Shown here: one piece after another, positions 46,891-56,000 of the stretch
Layout of the letters: each line of letters opens with the position of its first letter
Numbering within the stretch: the first letter of the stretch is position 1
Origin: Candidatus Omnitrophota bacterium
GTDB lineage: Bacteria > Omnitrophota > Gorgyraeia > JABMRN01 > RBG-13-46-9
DNA length: 58,318 bases
Assembly: GCA_013203315.1 (NCBI GenBank)
Contig: JABMQJ010000019.1
Coordinates: 1 to 58,318 of the forward strand
Reading direction: 5' to 3'
Program-made: the position numbers and the translations under genes
Notes under the pieces: generated by a model
What the model saw: only the letters and a program-made list of their open reading frames with translations
Database searches by the model: none
Told to the model about the DNA's origin: nothing

Positions 46891-47520
46891 TCACTTACGG
46901 CTTTTGACTCTTGAGGTAACGGTGCCGCTTGAAACTACAAGCTTAAGCCCCTCTTCTACTGTCATGTCAAGAAACTTCATTTCGTTTCTAGGCACCATGA
47001 GAAATACGCCGCTTGTCGGATTCGGGGTTGTGGGAACAAAAATACTTACTAGTTCCTTACCTGTAAAGTTTTGCATTTCCCTGGTTCCCTCACCCGTAAC
47101 AAAGCCTATGGAATAAATACCCTTTCTCGGGTATTCAATTAAGACTACTTTTTGGAAAAACGCTTTATCCTTGCCCAGGAACGCCGAGCCTATTTCCTTT
47201 ATGACCGAATAAACTTTACCGATCATCGGGACCCTTATAAACATTCTTTCGCCGAATGAAAATAATTTACGCAAAAATATAATGTTTGCCGCCCAGCCTA
47301 CAATCGAAATAAGAAGTACCACAATCACAAAAACTAATACTTTTGCAATGTACAGGCTGTGCTCGGTCAGGTAGGGATTCAGGTTCAGGAGTTTCACCAG
47401 GGGATTTAGTATAAAACTATTGATCTTGACGGCTAAGAATCTTACAACTATTATCGTAAGGGCGACGGGTAAGAGAATTGCAACGCCTGTTATGAAATTA
47501 TTTCGTATTTTCGTAAACAT
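46891..47520 (-). CDS. DUF502 membrane protein
   Basis: FITG...P...T, VVLIEYPRKG, FVPTTPNPTSG. Confidence 0.9.
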   Translation of the reverse strand: MFTKIRNNFITGVAILLPVALTIIVVRFLAVKINSFILNPLVKLLNLNPYLTEHSLYIAKVLVFVIVVLLISIVGWAANIIFLRKLFSFGERMFIRVPMIGKVYSVIKEIGSAFLGKDKAFFQKVVLIEYPRKGIYSIGFVTGEGTREMQNFTGKELVSIFVPTTPNPTSGVFLMVPRNEMKFLDMTVEEGLKLVVSSGTVTSRVKSRK

Positions 47521-47525
47521 GAAAG

Positions 47526-47550
47526 CCTCCCTGCCTGCCGATAGGCAGAC
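47526..47550 (-). repeat. REP-like palindrome abutting the DUF502 Shine-Dalgarno
   Basis: GTCTGCCTATCGGCAGGCAGGGAGG; 20/25 identical to 27178-27202. Confidence 0.65.
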
Positions 47551-48257
47551 TATAATAACAACTGGAATATAAGCGAGGTCACAAGAATACCTAAAACAGC
47601 GCCTGATGCAACCTCTATCCTGTTGTGAACGCTATTCGTCAGCCTGTGACGGGCTATTAGAAACGCCATGACGAAAGTAAGTATGATTATAAGCACATTT
47701 CTTGTGGAAAAAGCTATAACCGTCCACATGGAAAAGGCAAAAGCGGAATGGCCACTGGGCATGCCCCCTCTAAAAGGTGTGCCCTTGTGAAAAAGTATTT
47801 TCCCCACCAGAACGAGAAAAAGAAGAACTAAAAATGCTATAAAAGTTACATGCCAGGGCGTATGAATCGCCTCACTAATCCCCTTTTCGATAGCAATAGA
47901 GAATCGTTTCGAAAATACTATATAGCCTACGGCCGCGGCATTTAAGGCCGCCAAGAATACGGCCCCCGCCGTTACGTCTTTTATAACGCGCGCAAGCGGA
48001 TGATAAGCGTCTTTGATGAGATCGATCGTAAGCTCTATGGCAGTATTCACCATCTCCAATGCAAGAACCAGCATGATGGATATCAAAAGTAAAAGCAAAT
48101 CCACCTTCGGCAGGCTAAGATAAATACTTAAAACAATAACAAGTGTCGCAAGGAGAAAATGCAAGCGCATGTTTCGCTGCGTTCGTAAGACATGGAGAAA
48201 TCCCTCCACCGCGCTATTTAAGCTTTCAACAAGCCTTTGTTGTTTTTTCCTTGCCAT
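47550..48257 (-). CDS. dgkA: Diacylglycerol/undecaprenol kinase fused to a PAP2 domain
   Basis: QRNMRLH, EMVNTAIE, KDVTAGAV; C-terminal GMPSGHS. Confidence 0.88.
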   Translation of the reverse strand: MARKKQQRLVESLNSAVEGFLHVLRTQRNMRLHFLLATLVIVLSIYLSLPKVDLLLLLISIMLVLALEMVNTAIELTIDLIKDAYHPLARVIKDVTAGAVFLAALNAAAVGYIVFSKRFSIAIEKGISEAIHTPWHVTFIAFLVLLFLVLVGKILFHKGTPFRGGMPSGHSAFAFSMWTVIAFSTRNVLIIILTFVMAFLIARHRLTNSVHNRIEVASGAVLGILVTSLIFQLLL

Positions 48258-48264
48258 CTTCTTA

Positions 48265-48705
48265 CTATCCCCTTACTGTTTGTTTGAAAAATTTTTGTTC
48301 TAATTTTCTGATTTTACTTTTTTCTTTTGCGGTTTTGTCTCCGAATCCCAGAAGATGAAGTGTCCCATGTATGACATACAGAAAAAGTTCCTTACGAAAA
48401 CTGGTCTTAAAGCGTGAGGCATTCTTTCGGGCCTCCGGAGATGAAATATAAACGTCACCGATAAGTTTTTTCTTGCCTGAAATAGATTTTTCTTCCAGGA
48501 TAAAGGAAAGAACATCCGTAGCGCGGTTCCGGTTCATATATAATTTATTAAGCGTTCTTATCCTCCTATTACTCACAAACGTTATGTCAATAAGCGCATT
48601 TCGTATTTTATTTTTTCGAAGAACGAAAACAGCTATTTTTTTTACGGTTTTTTTATCTATCCTTGCTTCTCTACTTAGATTGCTTACTCTTATTTTTAAG
48701 GGCAT
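48265..48705 (-). CDS. ybeY: rRNA maturation endoribonuclease YbeY
   Basis: TDVLSF, GDVYIS, IHGTLHLLGFGD (third His position is D-K here). Confidence 0.88.
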   Translation of the reverse strand: MPLKIRVSNLSREARIDKKTVKKIAVFVLRKNKIRNALIDITFVSNRRIRTLNKLYMNRNRATDVLSFILEEKSISGKKKLIGDVYISSPEARKNASRFKTSFRKELFLYVIHGTLHLLGFGDKTAKEKSKIRKLEQKFFKQTVRG

Positions 48706-50902
48706 TCTGTCTTTCTTTTTTCGTCTTCACTTCCGGGTATTCAAGTCTTACATGAAAAACGCCTGTCAACACCCTAACAAAGCTCTCCGCGATTTTGTGC
48801 AAGTCTCTCAAGGTGAGATCGCATTCGTCGAGTTGTCCGTCTATGAATTTATTATTGATTATCTTCTGCACGAGCCCCCTTATGCGCGCCGGTGTCGGAT
48901 CACTTAACATGCGGGAAGACGCTTCGACTGAATCCGCCAGAAGCACGATCGCTGTTTCTTTAGTTTGGGGCTTAGGTCCTGGATACCTGAATTCTTCCTC
49001 TTTTAATTCTTTTTCGGATTTTACTTTTTCAAGAGCCCTCTGGTAGAAGTAATATATAAGGCCCGTACCGTGGTGCTGTCCTATAAAATCTATAATGGCG
49101 TCGTTTAATTTGTGTTTTTTAGCAAGCTCGATACCGTCTTTTGCGTGATTTGTGATAATGAGAGCGCTCATTGACGGCGTAAGCTTGTCATGTTTTGAGG
49201 GAGTACCTGATTCGTTTTCCACGAAATAGGCTGCTTTCTCTGTTTTTCCTATGTCATGATAATAAGCCCCGACTCTGGCAAGCAGTGAATTTGCGCCGAT
49301 TGAGTTACACGCCTCCTCGGCGAGATTGCCGACAAGAATGCTGTGGTGATAGGTACCCGGCGCTTTTATTGTCAGTTCTTTTAATAAAGGGTTACTTGAA
49401 TCCGAAAGTTCAAGAAGCGTTATGTTGGTAATAAGATTAAAGGTGTATTCAAAAACCGGTAAAAGCCCTATAACAACAAAGCTTGACATAATACCGTTGG
49501 CTATCCCTGATATGCCGGCGGCGAAGGTTGCTTCCTTCGCCATATTATTCAAAAAGCCCACGCCTACTATGCAGAAAAAGTTTACGATAGATACTATAAA
49601 TCCGGCAAAAAATATTTGGGAGCGTTTCTTTGCGCCACGAACCGCATATATACCCAGGGCGCTACCCATAAAAAGAACAAGCGTAAGCTCTAATTTACCG
49701 CCGGCAATAACACCTATGTAAATACTAAGCATAAGGCTCGTGACAAAAGCAACGTTGACATTTAGAAGAAGAACCAGCATCATGCCGACACCGGCAAGCG
49801 GGATGAGATACCCCGGCTGCTGCGATTGAATAATTACAAGAGACGCCAAGATAGCCAGGAATGCATTTATGGCAATAAGTAGAATACGCTTCGGTTTCTC
49901 AATTATTTTTTTCTCGGATAATATTAAATAAAGTGCGGCAACAAACACAAGCCCGATAAGAAGCATAAAAAGGCCCGAAAGATACGAGGTTCTGTTTACG
50001 ATAAAATGCACACGTGTTATCTGGGTGAGTTTTACAATGTCATCTTTTGTTACCTTTTTACCTTTTTCAACGATAAGTTCGTTCTTTTTTACCGTTTCTC
50101 TCCTATATATGACCGGGGCATCTTCTCTTGCCTTTGCCCTTCTTTCTTCGGTCTCCTCGTTGTTTAGCCTTGTATTCGACGCCACGTCCTTCTTAATAAG
50201 ATTGTAAACGGCACTCCGGGTTTGTCTACCTTTTGGGATTAACCTTTCTAAGGTATCCTGAACAATTCTTTTTGCCTCTTTTTCGTCAACAAGTTCCTTT
50301 GCTTTAGGTTCCCTTTCTATTTTGTAGCGCATATTCCTGATTAAAACCCTTTGGTCTTTTTTTTCTAAAAGCGCTGTTTTATTCTCTTGCGTAACTACGC
50401 CTACCAAAAATATATTCTCAAGCGCGTCCTTGGCGATTTTACGCACTCTATCGACGTCCTTTAACTGGAGGAATATCGTAGCGTCCTTATTGGATAATTC
50501 AAAATCTACCTTTGCTTCCAGCGCCTCAGTTTTTTCTTTTTCGTCTAAGTCGGGAATCCGCGATGTTTCTTTTACCTTATTGAAAAAATTATCCAAATCG
50601 GCGAATGCTGCGTCCTGCACGGATGAGTCTATGTCGAGCACAGACGGAATTCTTGCTTCAAACTCTATCCGGGAATTTTCGGTTTCCTCTTTGTCGATTT
50701 CAGTAGGATAGGTAAAATCATACGGCGCGTATATCGTCCGCATAGATATGTCCGCTTCTTTAAGCCGCGAAAAAGACGGCGCGCTTCCAACGTACAGAAT
50801 CGCAAACGTCGCCATGCAGAATCCTGCAACAATAAGAGAAGAGTAGAAGACCCTGCTTTTATACATTTCCTTTAACTTAAACATTTCGCCTATTTTAAAC
50901 AT
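48671..50902 (-). CDS. 7TM-HD phosphohydrolase (PgpH/YqfF-like)
   Basis: 7TMR-HDED extracellular domain, TMs, APGTYHHS, YYHDIGK, QHHGT, LADSVEA. Confidence 0.92.
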   Translation of the reverse strand: MFKIGEMFKLKEMYKSRVFYSSLIVAGFCMATFAILYVGSAPSFSRLKEADISMRTIYAPYDFTYPTEIDKEETENSRIEFEARIPSVLDIDSSVQDAAFADLDNFFNKVKETSRIPDLDEKEKTEALEAKVDFELSNKDATIFLQLKDVDRVRKIAKDALENIFLVGVVTQENKTALLEKKDQRVLIRNMRYKIEREPKAKELVDEKEAKRIVQDTLERLIPKGRQTRSAVYNLIKKDVASNTRLNNEETEERRAKAREDAPVIYRRETVKKNELIVEKGKKVTKDDIVKLTQITRVHFIVNRTSYLSGLFMLLIGLVFVAALYLILSEKKIIEKPKRILLIAINAFLAILASLVIIQSQQPGYLIPLAGVGMMLVLLLNVNVAFVTSLMLSIYIGVIAGGKLELTLVLFMGSALGIYAVRGAKKRSQIFFAGFIVSIVNFFCIVGVGFLNNMAKEATFAAGISGIANGIMSSFVVIGLLPVFEYTFNLITNITLLELSDSSNPLLKELTIKAPGTYHHSILVGNLAEEACNSIGANSLLARVGAYYHDIGKTEKAAYFVENESGTPSKHDKLTPSMSALIITNHAKDGIELAKKHKLNDAIIDFIGQHHGTGLIYYFYQRALEKVKSEKELKEEEFRYPGPKPQTKETAIVLLADSVEASSRMLSDPTPARIRGLVQKIINNKFIDGQLDECDLTLRDLHKIAESFVRVLTGVFHVRLEYPEVKTKKERQNALKNKSKQSK

Positions 50903-50904
50903 AA

Positions 50905-51858
50905 TTACTCCGCTTTTTTTGCGTTAGCGTATGCCTTGATTATCTCCTGCACTAATTCGTGCCTTACGACATCTTCCCCTTTTAAATATACAAATTTTAT
51001 ACCATCGATATTCTTTAAAATTGACTGTGCCTCTACTAATCCTGAAACGCTACCTTTCGGTAGGTCACTTTGCGTTATGTCGCCGGTTATAACGGTTTTT
51101 GAATCAAACCCGAGGCGCGTAAGAAACATTTTCATTTGTTCAGGTGTTGAGTTTTGCGCTTCGTCCAATATTACAAATGAGTCGTTCAATGTCCTTCCCC
51201 TCATGTAAGCTAGCGGAACGACTTCAATAACCCCCCTTTGAATATAGCTGTGTATCATGTCGCTTTCCACCATGTCGTAGAGGGCGTCATACATCGGCTT
51301 AAGATAAGGATTTATCTTATCATTTAAATCACCCGGAAGATAACCGAGTTTTTCTCCGGCTTCTACCGCAGGGCGCGCCAGTATGATTCTACTTACTATT
51401 TTTTTCTTAAGGGCGTTTATGGCCATGGCCATGGCAAGATATGTCTTGCCTGTGCCCGCAGGGCCTATGCAGAACACTATGTCGTGTTTCCGTATACCGT
51501 CTATATACGCCTTCTGGCCGTTACTCTTAGGAACAACGTATAACTTCTTGGAAGAAACCTCAACTCTATCCAGATAGATGTCGTGAAGTTTAATTTTCTT
51601 GTCTTCTTTTATGGATTTTATCGCGTAAGTTATATCCTGTTTTTTAATTTGATTTCCTGCGCGGATGGTTATGAGAAGTGCTTCTATAACACCTGCGGCT
51701 TTAGAAACACCGTCTTCTTGGCCTGACAATCTCAATATACCTGCGCGTAGCACAGAGCCTATGCCGAAAGATTTCTCGATTAATTTTATGTTCTCATCGT
51801 GGTTACCGAGTAGGTTCCGCGCTTCCGAATCATTGCTTAGACGAATATCTTTACTCAC
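50905..51858 (-). CDS. phoH: PhoH-like ATPase
   Basis: GPAGTGKTYLA, RPAVEAGE, YMRGRTL, DEAQN, VVRH. Confidence 0.95.
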   Translation of the reverse strand: MSKDIRLSNDSEARNLLGNHDENIKLIEKSFGIGSVLRAGILRLSGQEDGVSKAAGVIEALLITIRAGNQIKKQDITYAIKSIKEDKKIKLHDIYLDRVEVSSKKLYVVPKSNGQKAYIDGIRKHDIVFCIGPAGTGKTYLAMAMAINALKKKIVSRIILARPAVEAGEKLGYLPGDLNDKINPYLKPMYDALYDMVESDMIHSYIQRGVIEVVPLAYMRGRTLNDSFVILDEAQNSTPEQMKMFLTRLGFDSKTVITGDITQSDLPKGSVSGLVEAQSILKNIDGIKFVYLKGEDVVRHELVQEIIKAYANAKKAE

Positions 51859-51870
51859 CTGGTATCCCCT

Positions 51871-52197
51871 TTATTTAACCCATTCTTCTTCTGCTACTTC
51901 TTCCTCTACTATTACCTTGCCACTTCTTTTGGGTTCGAAATTCGTAGCCTCGGACGCATCTTTAGAGCCAGTGGTTTCTTCACCAGGCAAAATAGGAATT
52001 TCGACATCTATTCCGATCATGGTCCTTTTAAGGTTTTCCCGCGCTCCGGCAGGAGGCGGCGTCCCCAAAAGATACCCCCTGTTCCCCTGCTGCATCTCTT
52101 GGTCAACCCTATCTTTTTCAACTATACGGGTTGACACATTCGAACAGCCGGCCAGCGTCACGCCGGCTAAAAGTATTATAACTATTACAAGCTTCAT
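51871..52197 (-). CDS. Hypothetical lipoprotein
   Basis: LAGC lipobox, SD AAGGAGG, DRVDQE...GNRGYLLG motif. Confidence 0.8.
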   Translation of the reverse strand: MKLVIVIILLAGVTLAGCSNVSTRIVEKDRVDQEMQQGNRGYLLGTPPPAGARENLKRTMIGIDVEIPILPGEETTGSKDASEATNFEPKRSGKVIVEEEVAEEEWVK

Positions 52198-52207
52198 CCT
52201 CGCCTCC

Positions 52208-53971
52208 TTATTTACTCTTTTTTATATGCAACTCTTTTAATTGCTTATCGTCAACGTCTGAAGGCGCGCCCGTCATCGGGCAGACGGCCTTCTGTGTTTT
52301 CGGAAAAGCTATGACATCGCGAATGCTGACTGACTTCGTAAAAATCGTGGTAAACCTGTCCAGGCCGAACGCTATCCCGGCGTGCGGGGGCGCGCCGTAC
52401 TGAAACGCGTCCATAAGGAACCCGAAACGCCTATTGGCCTCTTCTTTATCGAGGCCTATTATTTTAAAAATCTTCTCCTGGAGATCGCGCCTGTGTATTC
52501 TTATGCTTCCGCTGGCTATCTCCTGGCCGTTTATGACAAGGTCATAAGACCGCGCGCGGACGCGGCCGAGATCTTTTCCGTCCAGAAGCTTGGCGTCTTC
52601 TTCTTTGCAGGCGGTAAACGGGTGATGTTCCGAATCCCACCTATTTTCTTCATCGTTACGTTTAAATAGCGGAAAATCCGTTATCCAGAAAAGGTTAACC
52701 TTATTTTCATCTATGAGATTCGATTCTTTTGCGATTTCAAGCCTAAGGCTCCCCAGGACACCAAGCGCAATAGCTTTTTTGTCGGCTACGATAAGAATAA
52801 GGTCGCCCTCTTCGGCTTTTGCTTTTTCTTTTATGGAATCCAGTTCTCCTGCCTCGAAAAATTTATCTATGTTGGATGATAATTTTCCTTTTTCGCACTT
52901 AAGATACGCCAGGCCGCCTGCACCGTAATCCTTGGATTTCGCGATTAACGCGTCCAGTGCCGATCGGCTTAATTTTGAATAACCCTTTGCATTTATCGCG
53001 CGTATGGTGCCGCCTTTTTCCAGGGTTTTCTTGAATATATTAAATTTCGTGTTTTTTAATATTCCTGAAAGATCCGTAAGCTCCATGCCGAATCTTCCAT
53101 CAGGCTTATCCGTGCCGAATCTCTCCATTGCCTCAGCGTATTTTAACCTTGTAAAAGGCGTAGGAATATCTATGCCGGATACGGCCTTGAATACTCCGCT
53201 TATCAAGCCCTCTGAAAGTTCGAATATATCGTCTTCGGTTACAAAGCTCATCTCAAGATCAAGCTGCGTGAATTCAGGTTGCCTGTCTTTGCGAAGATCC
53301 TCATCCCTAAAGCAACGCACTATTTGAAAATATCGGTCAAGCCCGGAAACCATTAGAATCTGTTTGAAAAGCTGAGGTGACTGGGGAAGCGCGTAAAATT
53401 TACCCGGGTTAAGTCGTGAGGGAACAAGGTAATCCCGCGCGCCTTCAGGCGTTGAGCGCGTGAGAATAGGCGTTTCGACCTCAACGAAGTTATTTTTTTC
53501 AAGAAAGCTTCTCATGAAACTATTTACCTTATGCCTAAGACGTATGTTTTTCTGCATGTTGGGTCTTCTTAAATCTATGTACCTGTATTTAAGCCGCGCC
53601 TCGTCCGAAACCGTAAGCGCATCATCCAGCTCAAAAGGCGGAGTAAGCGACGGGTTTAAAATGTCGAGTGCCCCGGCAAGAACCTCGATTTCACCGGTCG
53701 GAAGTTTTTTGTTTACCGTGCCGGCGGGACGCTCCCGGACCACACCCTTTACCTGAATAACGTATTCGCTTTTTAGCTCGTGCGCCTTCTCATGCATGGA
53801 GCGATTCTCCTTTGGGTCAAACACAAGCTGCGTTATCCCGTAAGCATCTCTCACATCGATAAATATGAGTTCGCCGTGGTCGCGTCTTTTATGGACCCAT
53901 CCGGCAAGCGTTGCTTCTTTTCCGATATTTTTCTTATTTAATTCACCGCACGTATGTGTTCGTAGCATCAT
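52208..53971 (-). CDS. aspS: Aspartate--tRNA ligase
   Basis: RTHTCGEL, PEGARDY, LPQSPQLFKQ, RQPEFTQ, HHPFT, PPHAG. Confidence 0.98.
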   Translation of the reverse strand: MMLRTHTCGELNKKNIGKEATLAGWVHKRRDHGELIFIDVRDAYGITQLVFDPKENRSMHEKAHELKSEYVIQVKGVVRERPAGTVNKKLPTGEIEVLAGALDILNPSLTPPFELDDALTVSDEARLKYRYIDLRRPNMQKNIRLRHKVNSFMRSFLEKNNFVEVETPILTRSTPEGARDYLVPSRLNPGKFYALPQSPQLFKQILMVSGLDRYFQIVRCFRDEDLRKDRQPEFTQLDLEMSFVTEDDIFELSEGLISGVFKAVSGIDIPTPFTRLKYAEAMERFGTDKPDGRFGMELTDLSGILKNTKFNIFKKTLEKGGTIRAINAKGYSKLSRSALDALIAKSKDYGAGGLAYLKCEKGKLSSNIDKFFEAGELDSIKEKAKAEEGDLILIVADKKAIALGVLGSLRLEIAKESNLIDENKVNLFWITDFPLFKRNDEENRWDSEHHPFTACKEEDAKLLDGKDLGRVRARSYDLVINGQEIASGSIRIHRRDLQEKIFKIIGLDKEEANRRFGFLMDAFQYGAPPHAGIAFGLDRFTTIFTKSVSIRDVIAFPKTQKAVCPMTGAPSDVDDKQLKELHIKKSK

Positions 53972-55227
53972 GCACCTACTATTTTTTTGATTTCTTCGGG
54001 GACGCTTTCTAATCCTACAGAAATCTGTTTTTTTGTTGCCATATCCCGAATTGTTGCTTTACTTATTTTCAATTCATCCTCGCCAAGGATTACCACAAGC
54101 TTGGCGTTATTTTTATCCGCATTACGCATTTGTGATTTGAGCGATGCATCTTTCGTATCCGTAAATACTATCATGTTCGGCATTTCTTTTCTAATTTTTT
54201 CGGCGATCTGAATACCTCTAATCTTTGCTTCGTCGCCTAAAGTCGCGACATAGGCCACAGGCAGAGTTCCTTTAGGTTCTTTTTTAAGCCCGAGGATAAT
54301 CCGTTCCATACCGAGAGCGTACCCTACAGCGCCCGTCTCTGGCCCGCCAAAATCTTTCACGAGGCTATCATATCTTCCGCCCGCGCCGATCGCGTCCTGT
54401 CCCCCGAGTGAAGGGTGCGTAATCTCAAAAACCGTTCCGGTATAATAGTCCAAACCCCGCACGAGGTTTCCTGTTTCTTTAAATTTTACCTTTGTCTTCG
54501 TAAGGGTATTTTTAAGTTTGTCGAAATGGTCTTTGCAGGGTGTGCACAAACTTTCCGATGTCCCAGGAGCGCTTCTTGCTACCTGGACACAGGTCTCATT
54601 TTTGCAGTCCAGAACGCGCAGGACATTTTTCTTTATCCTTGTTTTGCAATCCTTACAGAGTATGCTTTCTTTTTCTTTCAGGTATTTTTTGAGTTTGCCG
54701 GCAAAGGCTTCTTTATCCTTTTTGCATCCGAGGCTGTTAAGTTTTATAATAAAATCCGTCAGTCCGAAAAGTTTTAGCATGCCGCTTACCTGCATAATTA
54801 TTTCGGCATCGGCAAAATATGAATTCGACCCTATGACTTCGGCGCCTATCTGGTGAAATTGCCTCAAGCGGCCCTTCTGAGGTCTTTCGCTTCTGAACAT
54901 GGGACCCATGTAATATAATTTCAGTTGTGGCGTAACCTGGCTAAGGGCATGTTCTACGTAAGATCTGACTATGGGGGCCGTGCCTTCGGGCCTCATCGTA
55001 AGAGAGCGGCTTTTTTTGTCCTTAAAGGTGTACATCTCTTTGGTTACGATGTCGGTTGTATCTCCGATGCTGCGAGTAAAAACAGAGGTGTCTTCAAGAA
55101 TCGGCGTTCTTATCTCGGTATAACCGTAAGATTCAAGCTCCATGCGCGCTGTTTTTTCCAGCCACTGCCAAATTGCTATATCCTTCGGAAGTATGTCCTC
55201 CATGCCTCTAATAGCTTTGTACTTCAT
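53968..55227 (-). CDS. hisS: Histidine--tRNA ligase
   Basis: RPEGTA, RSERPQKGRLRQFHQ, VRGLDYY, AGGRYD. Confidence 0.98.
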   Translation of the reverse strand: MKYKAIRGMEDILPKDIAIWQWLEKTARMELESYGYTEIRTPILEDTSVFTRSIGDTTDIVTKEMYTFKDKKSRSLTMRPEGTAPIVRSYVEHALSQVTPQLKLYYMGPMFRSERPQKGRLRQFHQIGAEVIGSNSYFADAEIIMQVSGMLKLFGLTDFIIKLNSLGCKKDKEAFAGKLKKYLKEKESILCKDCKTRIKKNVLRVLDCKNETCVQVARSAPGTSESLCTPCKDHFDKLKNTLTKTKVKFKETGNLVRGLDYYTGTVFEITHPSLGGQDAIGAGGRYDSLVKDFGGPETGAVGYALGMERIILGLKKEPKGTLPVAYVATLGDEAKIRGIQIAEKIRKEMPNMIVFTDTKDASLKSQMRNADKNNAKLVVILGEDELKISKATIRDMATKKQISVGLESVPEEIKKIVGA

Positions 55228-55293
55228 GCTATATCTCCTCTACAAGGCTTGCGTTTCGGTATCCTTCGGCGCATTCCCCATGCCTGCACTGGA

Positions 55294-55566
55294 TTACTTT
55301 GCCTTCTCTTTCATGACAAGACCGGCCTTGAACGTAACAACCTTCTTCTCCGGTATCTGGACATTCTCTCCGGTTTTCGGGTTTCTGCCGAGCCTGGCTT
55401 TTTTGGATTTTACCTTGAAAATCCCGAAATTCCGAAGCTCTACGGTCTCCCCCCTGGAAAGACTCTCGACTATCATGTCAAGCGCCATTTGCACGATTCT
55501 TTTAACATCAATCTGCTTCATGTCCGTCTGGTCGGAAATTTTAGTTACAATCTCTTTTTTTGTCAT
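55294..55566 (-). CDS. HU/IHF-family DNA-binding protein
   Basis: MTKKEIV, VELRNFGIF, GRNPKTGE, FKAG. Confidence 0.95.
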   Translation of the reverse strand: MTKKEIVTKISDQTDMKQIDVKRIVQMALDMIVESLSRGETVELRNFGIFKVKSKKARLGRNPKTGENVQIPEKKVVTFKAGLVMKEKAK

Positions 55567-55994
55567 TATCCCCTCCTCTTTGAAAACGACAGTCCCTTTT
55601 TTACTAAAAAAGAGAACCTGCTAAATCCCTCTATGCGTCTTTTTTTTCTCTTCAGTCTTTCAAGCAATGAATTTAAAAATTTGAAAGAGTTCTGCCAATC
55701 CTTGTAAACCAAAGAAGACCTGCGATCAGACATGATGGAAAGATTCCTGATCGATAAAATATTATAAATAGCTTCGCTTTTAATAAAACGTTTTATTGGT
55801 TTTACCCCCAGAGAATCCATGAGATCATCGTAGCGCGCATTTACCAGTGTCTCTGTAGAGAAGAAGTTTTTTTCTTCGACTTTGTTAATGGAATTACCGG
55901 CGAGCGCGTTTTCAAAAATCCTATGGAATTCATTCCATATCTCCAGGAAATTCTCGGTCTTTTTTATATTTGCTTCCAGCTTCCTGTCAACCAT
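55566..55994 (-). CDS. Hypothetical protein
   Basis: 142-aa ORF packed between dnaE and HU with coupled stop/start. Confidence 0.75.
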   Translation of the reverse strand: MVDRKLEANIKKTENFLEIWNEFHRIFENALAGNSINKVEEKNFFSTETLVNARYDDLMDSLGVKPIKRFIKSEAIYNILSIRNLSIMSDRRSSLVYKDWQNSFKFLNSLLERLKRKKRRIEGFSRFSFLVKKGLSFSKRRG

Positions 55995-56000
55995 CGCTAC

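Noticed and set aside
47550-48257. DgkA-PAP2 fusion as a novelty
   Set aside because: This fusion next to ybeY is already known, for example in Clostridia.
54925-55707. 260-aa plus-strand ORF
   Set aside because: Lies antisense across hisS, HU and the hypothetical gene; no recognisable features.
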